The notes under the pieces were generated by a model. The model saw only the letters and a list, made by a program, of their open reading frames with translations. It searched no databases and was not told the DNA's origin. From positions 1,590,001 through 1,622,000 of the forward strand of contig NC_009664.2 in the NCBI RefSeq assembly GCF_000017305.1: DNA of 32,000 nt. The letters run 5' to 3'. Within the stretch, counting starts at the first letter, position 1. The number at the start of each line of letters is the position of its first letter. The translations under genes were made by a program, and so were the position numbers. Below, piece after piece: positions 24,899 to 32,000 of the stretch. Origin of the DNA: Kineococcus radiotolerans SRS30216 = ATCC BAA-149. GTDB taxonomy: Bacteria > Actinomycetota > Actinomycetes > Actinomycetales > Kineococcaceae.

Positions 24899-25013
24899 GG
24901 CGGGTGCCTCTTCCTCGGTCGTCTGGAGCTGTCGTCGTACTGCGGACGGGCGGTCGCGCGCCGCGATCGCCCACCAGGGTACGCGACGCGCGGGAAGCGC
25001 CCGGACGCGCGAC

Positions 25014-25043
25014 GAGCGGCCGCCCCCGGAGGGGCGACCGCTC
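25014..25043 (-). terminator. Stem-loop downstream of tRNA-Met
   Basis: GAGCGGCCGCCCC / GGGGCGACCGCTC pair 12/13, loop CGGA. Lies 19 nt after the tRNA-Met 3' end and upstream of rpmG. Confidence 0.45.
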
Positions 25044-25061
25044 GGTGCGTGTCGTGCGCTG

Positions 25062-25134
25062 TAGCGAGGGCCGGACTTGAACCGGCGACACAGCGATTAT
25101 GAGCCGCTTGCTCTACCAACTGAGCTACCCCGCC
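25062..25134 (-). tRNA. metT: tRNA with CAU anticodon, elongator tRNA-Met type
   Basis: Hand-folded 73 nt: GGCGGGG TA GCTC AGTTGGTA GAGC A AGCGG CTCATAA TCGCT GTGTC GCCGG TTCAAGT CCGGC CCTCGCT A. Lacks the initiator features (C1:A72, GGG/CCC anticodon stem). A lysidine-modified tRNA-Ile2 cannot be excluded from sequence alone. As I recall, mycobacteria have the same thrT-metT-rpmG order. Confidence 0.85.
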
Positions 25135-25163
25135 GCGTCCGGCGGGCCCAGCCGCCGGCTGCG

Positions 25164-25235
<72 letters not shown>

Positions 25236-25285
25236 ATTGCCTGTCGTGCTGCCGCGCGTACGGCCGGTGAAGACCTTACACGCCA

Positions 25286-25316
25286 CGACCCGGTGCCGTT
25301 GACCGGCACCGGGTCG
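25286..25316 (-). terminator. Perfect 13-bp stem-loop between tRNA-Tyr and tRNA-Thr
   Basis: CGACCCGGTGCCG, loop TTGAC, CGGCACCGGGTCG. Lies 13 nt downstream of the tRNA-Tyr 3' end. Confidence 0.5.
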
Positions 25317-25328
25317 CGACTCGCGACG

Positions 25329-25410
25329 TGGCGGGTGATGGATTCGAACCAACGTAGGCTACGCCGGCGGATTTACAATCCGCTCCCTTTGGCCGCTCGG
25401 GCAACCCGCC
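25329..25410 (-). tRNA. tyrT: tRNA-Tyr (anticodon GUA), long variable arm
   Basis: 82 nt: GGCGGGT TG CCCGAGCGGCCAAAGGGAG CGGA TTGTAAA TCCG... The D-arm matches the E. coli tRNA-Tyr D-arm as I recall it. Long extra arm, T-loop TTCGAAT, acceptor ACCCGCC + A. One U:U mismatch in the T-stem (50:64). Confidence 0.92.
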
Positions 25411-25505
25411 AGTGCCACCAGCGAGCTGGTGACGGGTGAGACGATAGCAAGACAACGGCGGTGCTCGGAAACCGAGCCCCCACGAGCCCCAGGAGGAACC
25501 CCCGC

Positions 25506-25997
25506 GTGCCCAGCGAGTCGTCGTTCGACGTCGTCAGCAAGGTGGACCGCCAGGAGGTCGACAACGCCCTCAACCAGGCCGCCAAGGAGATCTCCCAGCG
25601 CTACGACTTCAAGGGCGTCGACGCCGACGTCCGCTGGAGCGGGGAGACGATCCTCATGGTCGCCAACTCGGAGGACCGGGTGAACGCCGTCCTCGACGTG
25701 CTGCAGACCAAGCTCATCAAGCGCGGGGTCTCGCTCAAGGCGCTGGACACCTCCGAGCCGGCCGCGTCGGGCAAGGAGTACCGGATCACCGCCGAGCTCA
25801 AGGAGGGCCTGGCCCAGGACGTCGCGAAGAAGATCGGCAAGATCATCCGCGACGAGGGCCCGAAGGGCGTCAAGACCCAGGTGACGGGCGAGGAGATGCG
25901 GGTCAGCTCCAAGAACCGCGACGACCTCCAGGCGGTCATCGCGCTGCTCAAGGGCGCCGACCTCGACGTCGCCCTCCAGTTCGTCAACTACCGCTGA
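25506..25997 (+). CDS. yajQ: YajQ-family nucleotide-binding protein (UPF0234)
   Basis: Track ORF starts at 25461. Start reset to GTG 25506 (AGGAGG 9 nt upstream): (V)[37 protein letters not shown]... 163 aa, typical YajQ length and N-terminus. Confidence 0.88.
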   Translation: MPSESSFDVVSKVDRQEVDNALNQAAKEISQRYDFKGVDADVRWSGETILMVANSEDRVNAVLDVLQTKLIKRGVSLKALDTSEPAASGKEYRITAELKEGLAQDVAKKIGKIIRDEGPKGVKTQVTGEEMRVSSKNRDDLQAVIALLKGADLDVALQFVNYR

Positions 25998-25998
25998 C

Positions 25999-26964
25999 GT
26001 GGGGCTCCCGCTGCGCCGCCGGGCGGTCCTCGGCCTCGCGCTGGGCGGTAGCGCCCTGAGCGCCTGCACCGGCGGCCCGGCGGAGCCCGCGCCGAGCACG
26101 ACGACCGCCGCGAGCCCGACGGCCACGCCCACGGCCACCGCCGCGGGCACCCCCGACGCCGCGACCGATCCCTCCTTCGTGCCGGCCGGTCTGGACGCCT
26201 CCCAGCGCACCGAGTACCGCTTCGGCGACCACCACCGCCAGGTCAGCGACCTGTGGCTGCCCGTCGGCGGGCACCGCGACGCGATCGTCGTCGTGGTGCA
26301 CGGGGGCGGGTGGGACGCCGCGACGGACCGGCGGAACCTCAACGACCTCGTGGCCGACCTCGTCGGCGACGGCTGGCCCGTCCTCAACGCCGACTACCGC
26401 GGCAACGGCGACGGCGGCGGCTGGACGGGGACGTTCACCGACGTCGCCACCGCCGTGGACATGGCCGCCGAGGCCGCCGACCAGCAGTCGCTGCCCGCCG
26501 ACCGGGTCTGCTTCGTCGGCCACTCCGCCGGCGGCCACCTGGCGATGTGGGCGGCGGCGCGGCGCGGGCTGCCCGCCGGGGCCCCGGGCGCGGACCCGCG
26601 CGTCGTCCCCGCGTGCGCCGCGTCGATGGCCGGGGTGCTGCACCCGACCCCGCTGGGGTTCGAGGGCGGCGACGTCAACGTGACGACCCTCTTCGGCGGG
26701 ACGCCCTCCGAGGTCGACGACCGGTACGCGATCGGCGACCCGACCCGGCGGGCGCCCTACGGCTTCCCGCTGTTCGTCGCCCACGGCACGGCCGACCTGA
26801 CCGTCCCGTCCTCGCAGGCCGAGGCGTTCGCGGGCGCGGCCACCGGGGCCGGCGACGCGGTGGAGCTGCACCTGCTCGACGGGGTCCCGCACGAGGACCC
26901 GCAGGACCCGGACGGCCGGACGTTCCCGCTGTTCCGGACCTGGCTGGAGGCCACCCTCGGCTAG
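25999..26964 (+). CDS. Secreted lipoprotein alpha/beta-hydrolase (esterase/lipase, HGGG type)
   Basis: 321 aa. N-terminal RRRAVLGLALGGSALSAC (Arg-rich n-region plus LSAC lipobox) and a Pro/Thr/Ala linker. Oxyanion VVVHGGGW and nucleophile elbow GHSAGG. GTG start 1 nt after the yajQ stop, no SD. Confidence 0.82.
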   Translation: MGLPLRRRAVLGLALGGSALSACTGGPAEPAPSTTTAASPTATPTATAAGTPDAATDPSFVPAGLDASQRTEYRFGDHHRQVSDLWLPVGGHRDAIVVVVHGGGWDAATDRRNLNDLVADLVGDGWPVLNADYRGNGDGGGWTGTFTDVATAVDMAAEAADQQSLPADRVCFVGHSAGGHLAMWAAARRGLPAGAPGADPRVVPACAASMAGVLHPTPLGFEGGDVNVTTLFGGTPSEVDDRYAIGDPTRRAPYGFPLFVAHGTADLTVPSSQAEAFAGAATGAGDAVELHLLDGVPHEDPQDPDGRTFPLFRTWLEATLG

Positions 26965-27845
26965 CGGCGGTAGCCGGCCAGGGCCTCCAGGCGGGCGATG
27001 CGCTCGGCCATCGGGGGGTGGGTGGAGAACAACCTCGCCACGCCCTGCCCGCGGAACGGGTTGGCGATCATCATGTGGCTGGAGTTCACCAGCTCCCGCT
27101 CCGGCGGCAGCGGGAGCTGCCGGGTGCCGAGCTCGAGCTTGCGCAGCGCCGAGGCCAGGGCCAGCGGGTCGCCGGTGAGCCGGGCGCCGTCCTCGTCGGC
27201 GTCGTACTCGCGGGTGCGCGAGATCGCCAGCTGGATGACGCTGGCCGCCAGCGGGGCCATCAGCGACAGCAGCAGCAGGGCGAGGGGGTTGGCCCGCTCC
27301 TCCCCGTCGCGACCGCCCCCCAGCGCGGAGCCGAAGAACACCCCGAACTGCGCGATCGAGGTGATGACGCCCGCGAGCGCCCCCGCGACCGAGGACGTGA
27401 GGATGTCGCGGTTGTAGACGTGCATGAGCTCGTGGCCCAGGACCCCGCGCAGCTCGCGCTCGTCGAGCAGCTGGAGGATGCCCTCGGTGCAGCAGACGGC
27501 GGCGTTCTCGGGGTTGCGGCCCGTGGCGAAGGCGTTGGGCGCCATGGTCGGGGACACGTAGAGCTGCGGCATCGGCTGGCGGGCGGCGGTGGAGAGCTCG
27601 CGCACGATCCGGTGCATCCCCGGCTGCTCGGCCTCGGAGACCGGCCGGGCGCGCATGGCCCGCAGAGCCAGCCCCGCGGAGTTCCAGTAGCTGTAGGCGG
27701 AGGTGGCCAGGCCGATGACGACGAAGACGAGCAGCACGCCGGGGCTGCGGAACGAGGACGCCAGGAAGGCGCCGATCAGCAGCAGCACGCCCCAGATCCC
27801 GCCGAACAGCACGGCCGTCTTGAGCCCGTTGTGGTGCCGGTGCAT
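26961..27845 (-). CDS. htpX: Zinc metalloprotease HtpX (peptidase M48)
   Basis: Track ORF starts at 27884. ATG 27845 preferred (MHRHHNGLKTAVLFGGIWGVLLL; SD GGAGGGAGGGA). 294 aa, HELMH zinc motif, 4 TM segments. Its stop shares the palindrome CTAG (26961-26964) with the convergent esterase gene. Confidence 0.92.
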   Translation of the reverse strand: MHRHHNGLKTAVLFGGIWGVLLLIGAFLASSFRSPGVLLVFVVIGLATSAYSYWNSAGLALRAMRARPVSEAEQPGMHRIVRELSTAARQPMPQLYVSPTMAPNAFATGRNPENAAVCCTEGILQLLDERELRGVLGHELMHVYNRDILTSSVAGALAGVITSIAQFGVFFGSALGGGRDGEERANPLALLLLSLMAPLAASVIQLAISRTREYDADEDGARLTGDPLALASALRKLELGTRQLPLPPERELVNSSHMMIANPFRGQGVARLFSTHPPMAERIARLEALAGYRR

Positions 27846-27882
27846 CGCGTCCCTCCCTCCGCCGTGGAACCTCACCCGGTCC

Positions 27883-27908
27883 AACGCCGCCGGCCGCGCG
27901 CGCGTTCC
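27883..27908 (-). promoter_or_regulatory. Candidate ECF-sigma (SigE/SigH/SigR-type) promoter for htpX
   Basis: Minus strand reads GGAAC (27908..27904), a 17-nt spacer, then CGTTGG (27886..27881), 35 nt upstream of the htpX ATG. Matches the GGAAC-N16-18-(C)GTT pattern of actinobacterial group-4 sigma promoters. Confidence 0.35.
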
Positions 27909-28036
27909 ACCCCCCGCCCGGTGGCGGGAGGGGCGGAAGTGGTTGCGTCACCGGGGTCGACTGTGAGTGACTGCCGGTGGCGTTGGAGCGTGGGACGTGG
28001 GGCGACGGGGCACCGCGCGTGCGGAGGACGACGGAG

Positions 28037-29389
28037 GTGCGCGTGGGCCTGCACAGCGGGGCACCCTCCCGCGGGGACGCGCCCGACCCCTTCGGGCGCC
28101 CCGATCGGGGTGTGAGCACCCTCCTGGACCTGGCGAGCGCGCTGGCCCGCACCGACAGCGTCGAGGACGTCGCCCTCGCGGTGCGCGACGTGGTGCGCGA
28201 GGCCCTGGGGGCCTGCTTCGTCTCCCTGTCGATGATCGACGGGCCGTGGCTGCTGACCCCGGCGCTGGGCCAGCTCGACGACGACACCGAGCAGCGGTGC
28301 CTCCGGCTGCCCCTAGACCTGGACACCCCCGCCCACCGGGTGGCCCGCACGGGGCGCGCCCTGTCCTTCGACGACCTCGCGAGCCTCGTGGCGATGTTCC
28401 CCCGGGCCCGGGAGGAGCTGCAGCGCAGCGGCTTGCGCTCGGGGGTGATCCTCCCCATGACGATCTCGGGCGGGTTCCGGACCGGCTCGGTCACCGTCGC
28501 CTGGGACCGCGACCGCCGGCTCGGGGAGGAGGAGGTCGCGCTGGTGACGGCGGTGGTCGACGCGACCGCGCAGGCCGCCCGCCGCGCCCAGCTCTACCGC
28601 GAGCGCCGCGACGTCGCCCACACCCTGCAGGCGGCGATGCTGCCGGAGCTGCCCGTGCTGGAGGGGCTGGCCGTGGCCAGCCGGTACCTGCCCTGGTCCA
28701 CGACGGACGAGCAGGTCGGCGGCGACTGGTACGACGCGATCTCCCAGCCCGACGGGGGCGTGCTGCTCGTCGTCGGCGACGTCGCCGGGCACGACACCGA
28801 GGCCGCGGCGCGCATGGGCCGGGTGCGCTCGATGTTCCGGGCGCTGGCGGTGGACCGGGGCGAGGAGGCGCCGGCGGCGCTGGTGACCCGGCTCGACCAC
28901 GTCCTGGAGGCGCTCGGGGACGCGACGCTGGCCACGCTCATCGTCGCCCGGCTCGACCCCCCGGGCCCGGGGCGGCGGCTGCGGTGGACGACGGCGGGGC
29001 ACCCGCCGCCGGTCCTGGTCGACGCCACCGGGCGCAGCACCGTCCTCGCGGCCGAGCCGGACCTGCCGCTGGGGGTGGCCCCCGAGCGCTCCCGGCACGA
29101 CCACGGCATCGACTGGCCCGCGGGGGCCACGCTGGTCCTCTACACCGACGGCCTCGTCGAGCGGCGCGGGCGCGACGTCGGCGACGGCATCACGGTGCTG
29201 CGCGCGGCCCTGGAACGGACCCACACCGAGGCCCTGGAGACCCTCCTGGGCGAGCTGGTCACCGAGCACGTCGCGAACAGCGAGGACGACTGCGCGGTCC
29301 TCGCCGTCCGCGACGTGTCGCGGGCGGTGGTCCGCCCGCGCGGGTCGGTGGACCCCGGGGTCAGCGCCGGGCGCGCAACGCGGCGGTGA
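28037..29389 (+). CDS. GAF domain-containing PP2C/SpoIIE-family serine phosphatase
   Basis: Track ORF is 470 aa from 27977. More likely starts are GTG 28037 or 28043 (GGAGG SDs at 28023-28 and 28033-37). N-terminal GAF-like region (LLDLASALARTDSVEDVALAVRDVVREALGA...). PP2C motifs GGDWYD, VVGDVAGHD, LYTDGLVE. Confidence 0.85.
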   Translation: MRVGLHSGAPSRGDAPDPFGRPDRGVSTLLDLASALARTDSVEDVALAVRDVVREALGACFVSLSMIDGPWLLTPALGQLDDDTEQRCLRLPLDLDTPAHRVARTGRALSFDDLASLVAMFPRAREELQRSGLRSGVILPMTISGGFRTGSVTVAWDRDRRLGEEEVALVTAVVDATAQAARRAQLYRERRDVAHTLQAAMLPELPVLEGLAVASRYLPWSTTDEQVGGDWYDAISQPDGGVLLVVGDVAGHDTEAAARMGRVRSMFRALAVDRGEEAPAALVTRLDHVLEALGDATLATLIVARLDPPGPGRRLRWTTAGHPPPVLVDATGRSTVLAAEPDLPLGVAPERSRHDHGIDWPAGATLVLYTDGLVERRGRDVGDGITVLRAALERTHTEALETLLGELVTEHVANSEDDCAVLAVRDVSRAVVRPRGSVDPGVSAGRATRR

Positions 29390-30323
29390 GCGCGGGCAGG
29401 ACCTCGCCGAGGTCGCCCACGACGCCGTAGTCGGCGAACTCGAAGATCGGGGCGTCGGGGTCGTTGTTGATGGCGACGACGGTGCCGGCGGCGTCCATCC
29501 CCCCGCGGTGGTGGACGGCGCCGGAGACCCCGACGCCGACGTAGAGGCGCGGGGAGATCGTCACCCCGGTCTGGCCCACCTGGGCCTCGTGCCCGATCCA
29601 CCCCTCGTCGGTGGCGACCCGGGTCGCGCCCACGGCCGCGCCGAGGACGTCGGCGAGCGCCTCCACGCCGGAGAAGTCGCCGTCGACGCCGCGGCCCCCC
29701 ACGACGACGACCTCGGCCTCGGCCAGCGGCGGCCGGTCCCCGGTGGGGCGGTGCGCGCGGGAGACGACGGTGACGGCCCGCGCCGCGGCGGAGGCCGCGA
29801 CGGTGCGCTCGACGACCCGCGCGGGCGCGGGGTCGGGCAGCGCCTCGGCCCGCACGGCGTGCGGGGCCACCGCCACGACGGCCAGCGGGCCCGTGGCGGC
29901 GCAGGCGGTGTCCCAGGACCCGGCCAGGACGCTCTTGCGGGCGACCCAGCGGCCGTCCTCGAACGCGACCGAGGAGGCGCCGGTGACGACGCCCGCGCCG
30001 GTGCGCACGGCCAGGCGCGCGGCGGCCTCACGACCCTCGAAGGTGGAGGCGACCAGCAGCAGCGAGGCCCCGACGTCGCCGAGGACGGCCTGCAGGGCGT
30101 CCACGACCGAGGCCGTCAGCCCGGGGTCGGCGCCCTCGACGTCCACCCGGTGCACCGTGCCCGCTCCGTGCGCGGCGAGGACGTCGACCGGCGGGGTGGA
30201 CCCGATCCAGACGGCGTGCACGTCGCGGCCGAGCCGGCGGGCGAGGGTGAGCAGTTCGAGGGAGGTCGGGCGCGCGGCGCCCTCGGCGTGGTCGACGAGG
30301 ACCACCACGGCGTCGTCGTTCAC
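29361..30323 (-). CDS. etfA: Electron transfer flavoprotein subunit alpha
   Basis: 320 aa. C-terminal FAD-binding region ...VGQTGVTISPRLYVGVGVSGAVHHRGGMDAAGTVVAINNDPDAPIFEFADYGVVGD. GTG start overlaps the etfB stop (GTGA). The 3' end overlaps the convergent PP2C gene by 29 nt. Confidence 0.93.
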   Translation of the reverse strand: MNDDAVVVLVDHAEGAARPTSLELLTLARRLGRDVHAVWIGSTPPVDVLAAHGAGTVHRVDVEGADPGLTASVVDALQAVLGDVGASLLLVASTFEGREAAARLAVRTGAGVVTGASSVAFEDGRWVARKSVLAGSWDTACAATGPLAVVAVAPHAVRAEALPDPAPARVVERTVAASAAARAVTVVSRAHRPTGDRPPLAEAEVVVVGGRGVDGDFSGVEALADVLGAAVGATRVATDEGWIGHEAQVGQTGVTISPRLYVGVGVSGAVHHRGGMDAAGTVVAINNDPDAPIFEFADYGVVGDLGEVLPALTAALRARR

Positions 30324-31135
30324 GCGAAGCCCTTCTGCGACAGGTAGTCCACCAGGGCGGGGACGGTCTCGGCGTCGCCGGTGACGAGGACGCGGTCGGG
30401 ACGTTCGGGGCGCGGTTGCGCCGTGACGATGCGGGTGGTGGACCCGTCGGCGCCGACCGTCGCGGGGGCCACGCCGAGGTCGGCGAGGGTCCAGACGGTG
30501 ACCGGGTGCTTGCGCGCGGCCATGATCCCCTTGAAGTTCGGGAACCGGGGGCGGAAGGCCTGGTCGGTCACCGACAGCACCGCGGGGGCGGGGGCGGTGA
30601 GGACCTCCACGTCGGTGGAGGTCTCGCGCTGGACCCGCACGACGCGCCCGTCGGGGCCGTCGGTCACGGTGATCTCGTCGGCCAGGGTGAGCTGCGGCCA
30701 GCCGAGGAGCTCGGCCAGGGCCGCCGGGACCAGCGAGGTGAGCCCGTCGAGGCCGGCCATCCCGGCCACGACGAGGTCGACGGGGCTCTCGGCGTGCAGC
30801 TTCGCGACCGCGGCGGCCAGGACGCGGGCGGTCGCGATCGCGTCGGAGCCGGCGACGGCCCCGTCGCTGACGTGCACCGCGCCGGAGGCCCCCATCGCCA
30901 GCCCGCGCCGCAGCGCCTCGACGGCGTGGGCGGGACCGACGGTCAGGACGGTGACGTCGTGGCCCTCCCCGGGGAAGCCCGCGGCCTCGGCCGTGCGCAA
31001 CCCCGCTTCGAGGGCGTCCTCGTCGAGCTCGTTGAGGGTGTCGTCGTCCCCGCCGCGGACCAGGCGGCCGTCCTCGCCGAGGGAACGGGGCGACTGGATG
31101 TCGGGGACGTGCTTGACGCAGACGACGACGCGCAC
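30320..31135 (-). CDS. etfB: Electron transfer flavoprotein subunit beta
   Basis: 271 aa. (V)RVVVCVKHVPDIQSPRSLGEDG...NELDEDALEAGLR. GTG start 1 nt after the fprA stop. Confidence 0.93.
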   Translation of the reverse strand: MRVVVCVKHVPDIQSPRSLGEDGRLVRGGDDDTLNELDEDALEAGLRTAEAAGFPGEGHDVTVLTVGPAHAVEALRRGLAMGASGAVHVSDGAVAGSDAIATARVLAAAVAKLHAESPVDLVVAGMAGLDGLTSLVPAALAELLGWPQLTLADEITVTDGPDGRVVRVQRETSTDVEVLTAPAPAVLSVTDQAFRPRFPNFKGIMAARKHPVTVWTLADLGVAPATVGADGSTTRIVTAQPRPERPDRVLVTGDAETVPALVDYLSQKGFA

Positions 31136-31136
31136 G

Positions 31137-32000
31137 TCAGGCCAGCCCGCGCGCGGCCTTGATCATGTCCTCGCGGGACACGACCTTGACGCGCTCACGG
31201 CCGTGCGGCTCGCCCAGGGAGCGCTCGAAGGCGTCGATGGCCTCCCAGTCGGTCCAGGTGAGGACGTCGACGCCCTTGTCCCGCAGGAAGTCCAGGATCG
31301 CCTGCGGGTCCGGCTGCTCGGCGCGGGCGAGGCCGGCGGCGTCGGAGACCAGGTGCTTGACCGTCTCGGAGGCGTCGGACTTGGTGTGGCCGATGAGCCC
31401 CACCGGGCCGCGCTTGATCCAGCCCGTGCAGTACACCCCGGGCAGGTGCTCGCCCTCGGGGGCCAGCACGCGGCCCTCGTGGTTGGAGATGACCCCGGCG
31501 AGCTCGTCGAAGGGGATCCCGGGCAGCGGGGAGCCGAAGTAGCCGACCGCGCGGTAGACGGCCTGGACGTCCCAGTCGTGGACGTCGCCGGTGCCCTCCA
31601 CGGTGCCGTCGCCCACGAGGCGGGTGCGCTCGGTGCGCAGCCCCGACACGTGGCCGTCGGTGGTGACGATCTCGACGGGGGCGTGCAGGAAGTGCAGGTG
31701 GATGCGCCGCGAGGCGGTCGACTCCCCCTCCTTCAGCGTCCAGTCGGTGAGGGTCTTCACGACCTGCTTGGTCTGGTTGGACGTCGCGATGGCCCGCTCG
31801 GAGCCCTCGTCGAACTCGAAGTCCTCCGGGTCGACGAGGACGTCGACGTCGGGGACGTGGCCGAGCTCGCGCAGCTCCAGCGGGGAGAACTTCGCCTGCG
31901 CCGGGCCGCGGCGGGCGAAGACGTGCACGTCCTTGACCTTCGAGGCCTTCAGGCCCTCGTAGACGTTGGCGGGGATGTCGGTGGGCAGCAGGTCGTCGGC
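31137..32000 (-). CDS. fprA: NADPH:ferredoxin (adrenodoxin-type) reductase FprA-like, C-terminal ~287 codons (5' part beyond the window end)
   Basis: The track ORF (263 aa from 31928) continues in frame, without a stop, to the window edge (...ADDLLPTDIPANVYEGLKASKVKDVHVFARRGP...). YCTGWIKRGPVGLIGHTKSDA and WEAIDAFERSLGEPHGRERVK closely parallel the remembered M. tuberculosis FprA C-terminus. Confidence 0.85.
   Translation of the reverse strand, partial: ADDLLPTDIPANVYEGLKASKVKDVHVFARRGPAQAKFSPLELRELGHVPDVDVLVDPEDFEFDEGSERAIATSNQTKQVVKTLTDWTLKEGESTASRRIHLHFLHAPVEIVTTDGHVSGLRTERTRLVGDGTVEGTGDVHDWDVQAVYRAVGYFGSPLPGIPFDELAGVISNHEGRVLAPEGEHLPGVYCTGWIKRGPVGLIGHTKSDASETVKHLVSDAAGLARAEQPDPQAILDFLRDKGVDVLTWTDWEAIDAFERSLGEPHGRERVKVVSREDMIKAARGLA

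Noticed and set aside
27955-27975. GTCGACTGTGAGTGACTGCC in the htpX/PP2C spacer as a second site for the 20203-20222 palindrome binder (shares TGAGT..GACT).
   Set aside because: It matches only one half-site with an indel, is not palindromic, and could easily arise by chance. Not reportable without a scan or PWM.

Overview
Very GC-rich (by eye >70% G+C, strong GC3 bias) actinobacterial chromosome segment made almost entirely of core housekeeping genes. The conserved transcription/translation super-cluster lies on the minus strand: tRNA-Trp, secE-nusG, rplK-rplA, rplJ-rplL, rpoB-rpoC and rpsL-rpsG-fusA-tuf (tuf is cut by the window start). To its right is a plus-strand run: aspartate aminotransferase, an ABC-2 exporter (ATPase plus permease), adenosine deaminase, then an uncharacterised polytopic membrane protein translationally coupled to a mini-GntR (YtrA-like) regulator, preceded by a perfect AT-rich palindrome. 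Next is a minus-strand run: tRNA-Tyr, tRNA-Thr, tRNA-Met(CAU), rpmG (55 aa, absent from the ORF track), HadA-like and HadB-like MaoC dehydratases, an MFS transporter and murB, the last four joined by three consecutive GTGA overlaps. The window ends with yajQ, a lipobox alpha/beta-hydrolase, htpX, a GAF-PP2C phosphatase and fprA(partial)-etfB-etfA. Many ORF-track entries are antisense artefacts of GC-rich DNA or are extended upstream of the real start. I reset starts from conserved N-termini and Shine-Dalgarno (SD) sequences; GTG and TTG starts dominate. No transposase, integrase, CRISPR, phage or defence-type gene is visible. I do not see a convincing wholly new system. The best leads are the palindrome/membrane-protein/mini-GntR module, the rpmG-hadAB-MFS-murB coupled chain, the fprA-etfBA operon, an ECF-type promoter in front of htpX, and structured leaders before rpoB, rplJ and rpsL. 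All protein calls rest on motifs and remembered homologues, not on a database search.
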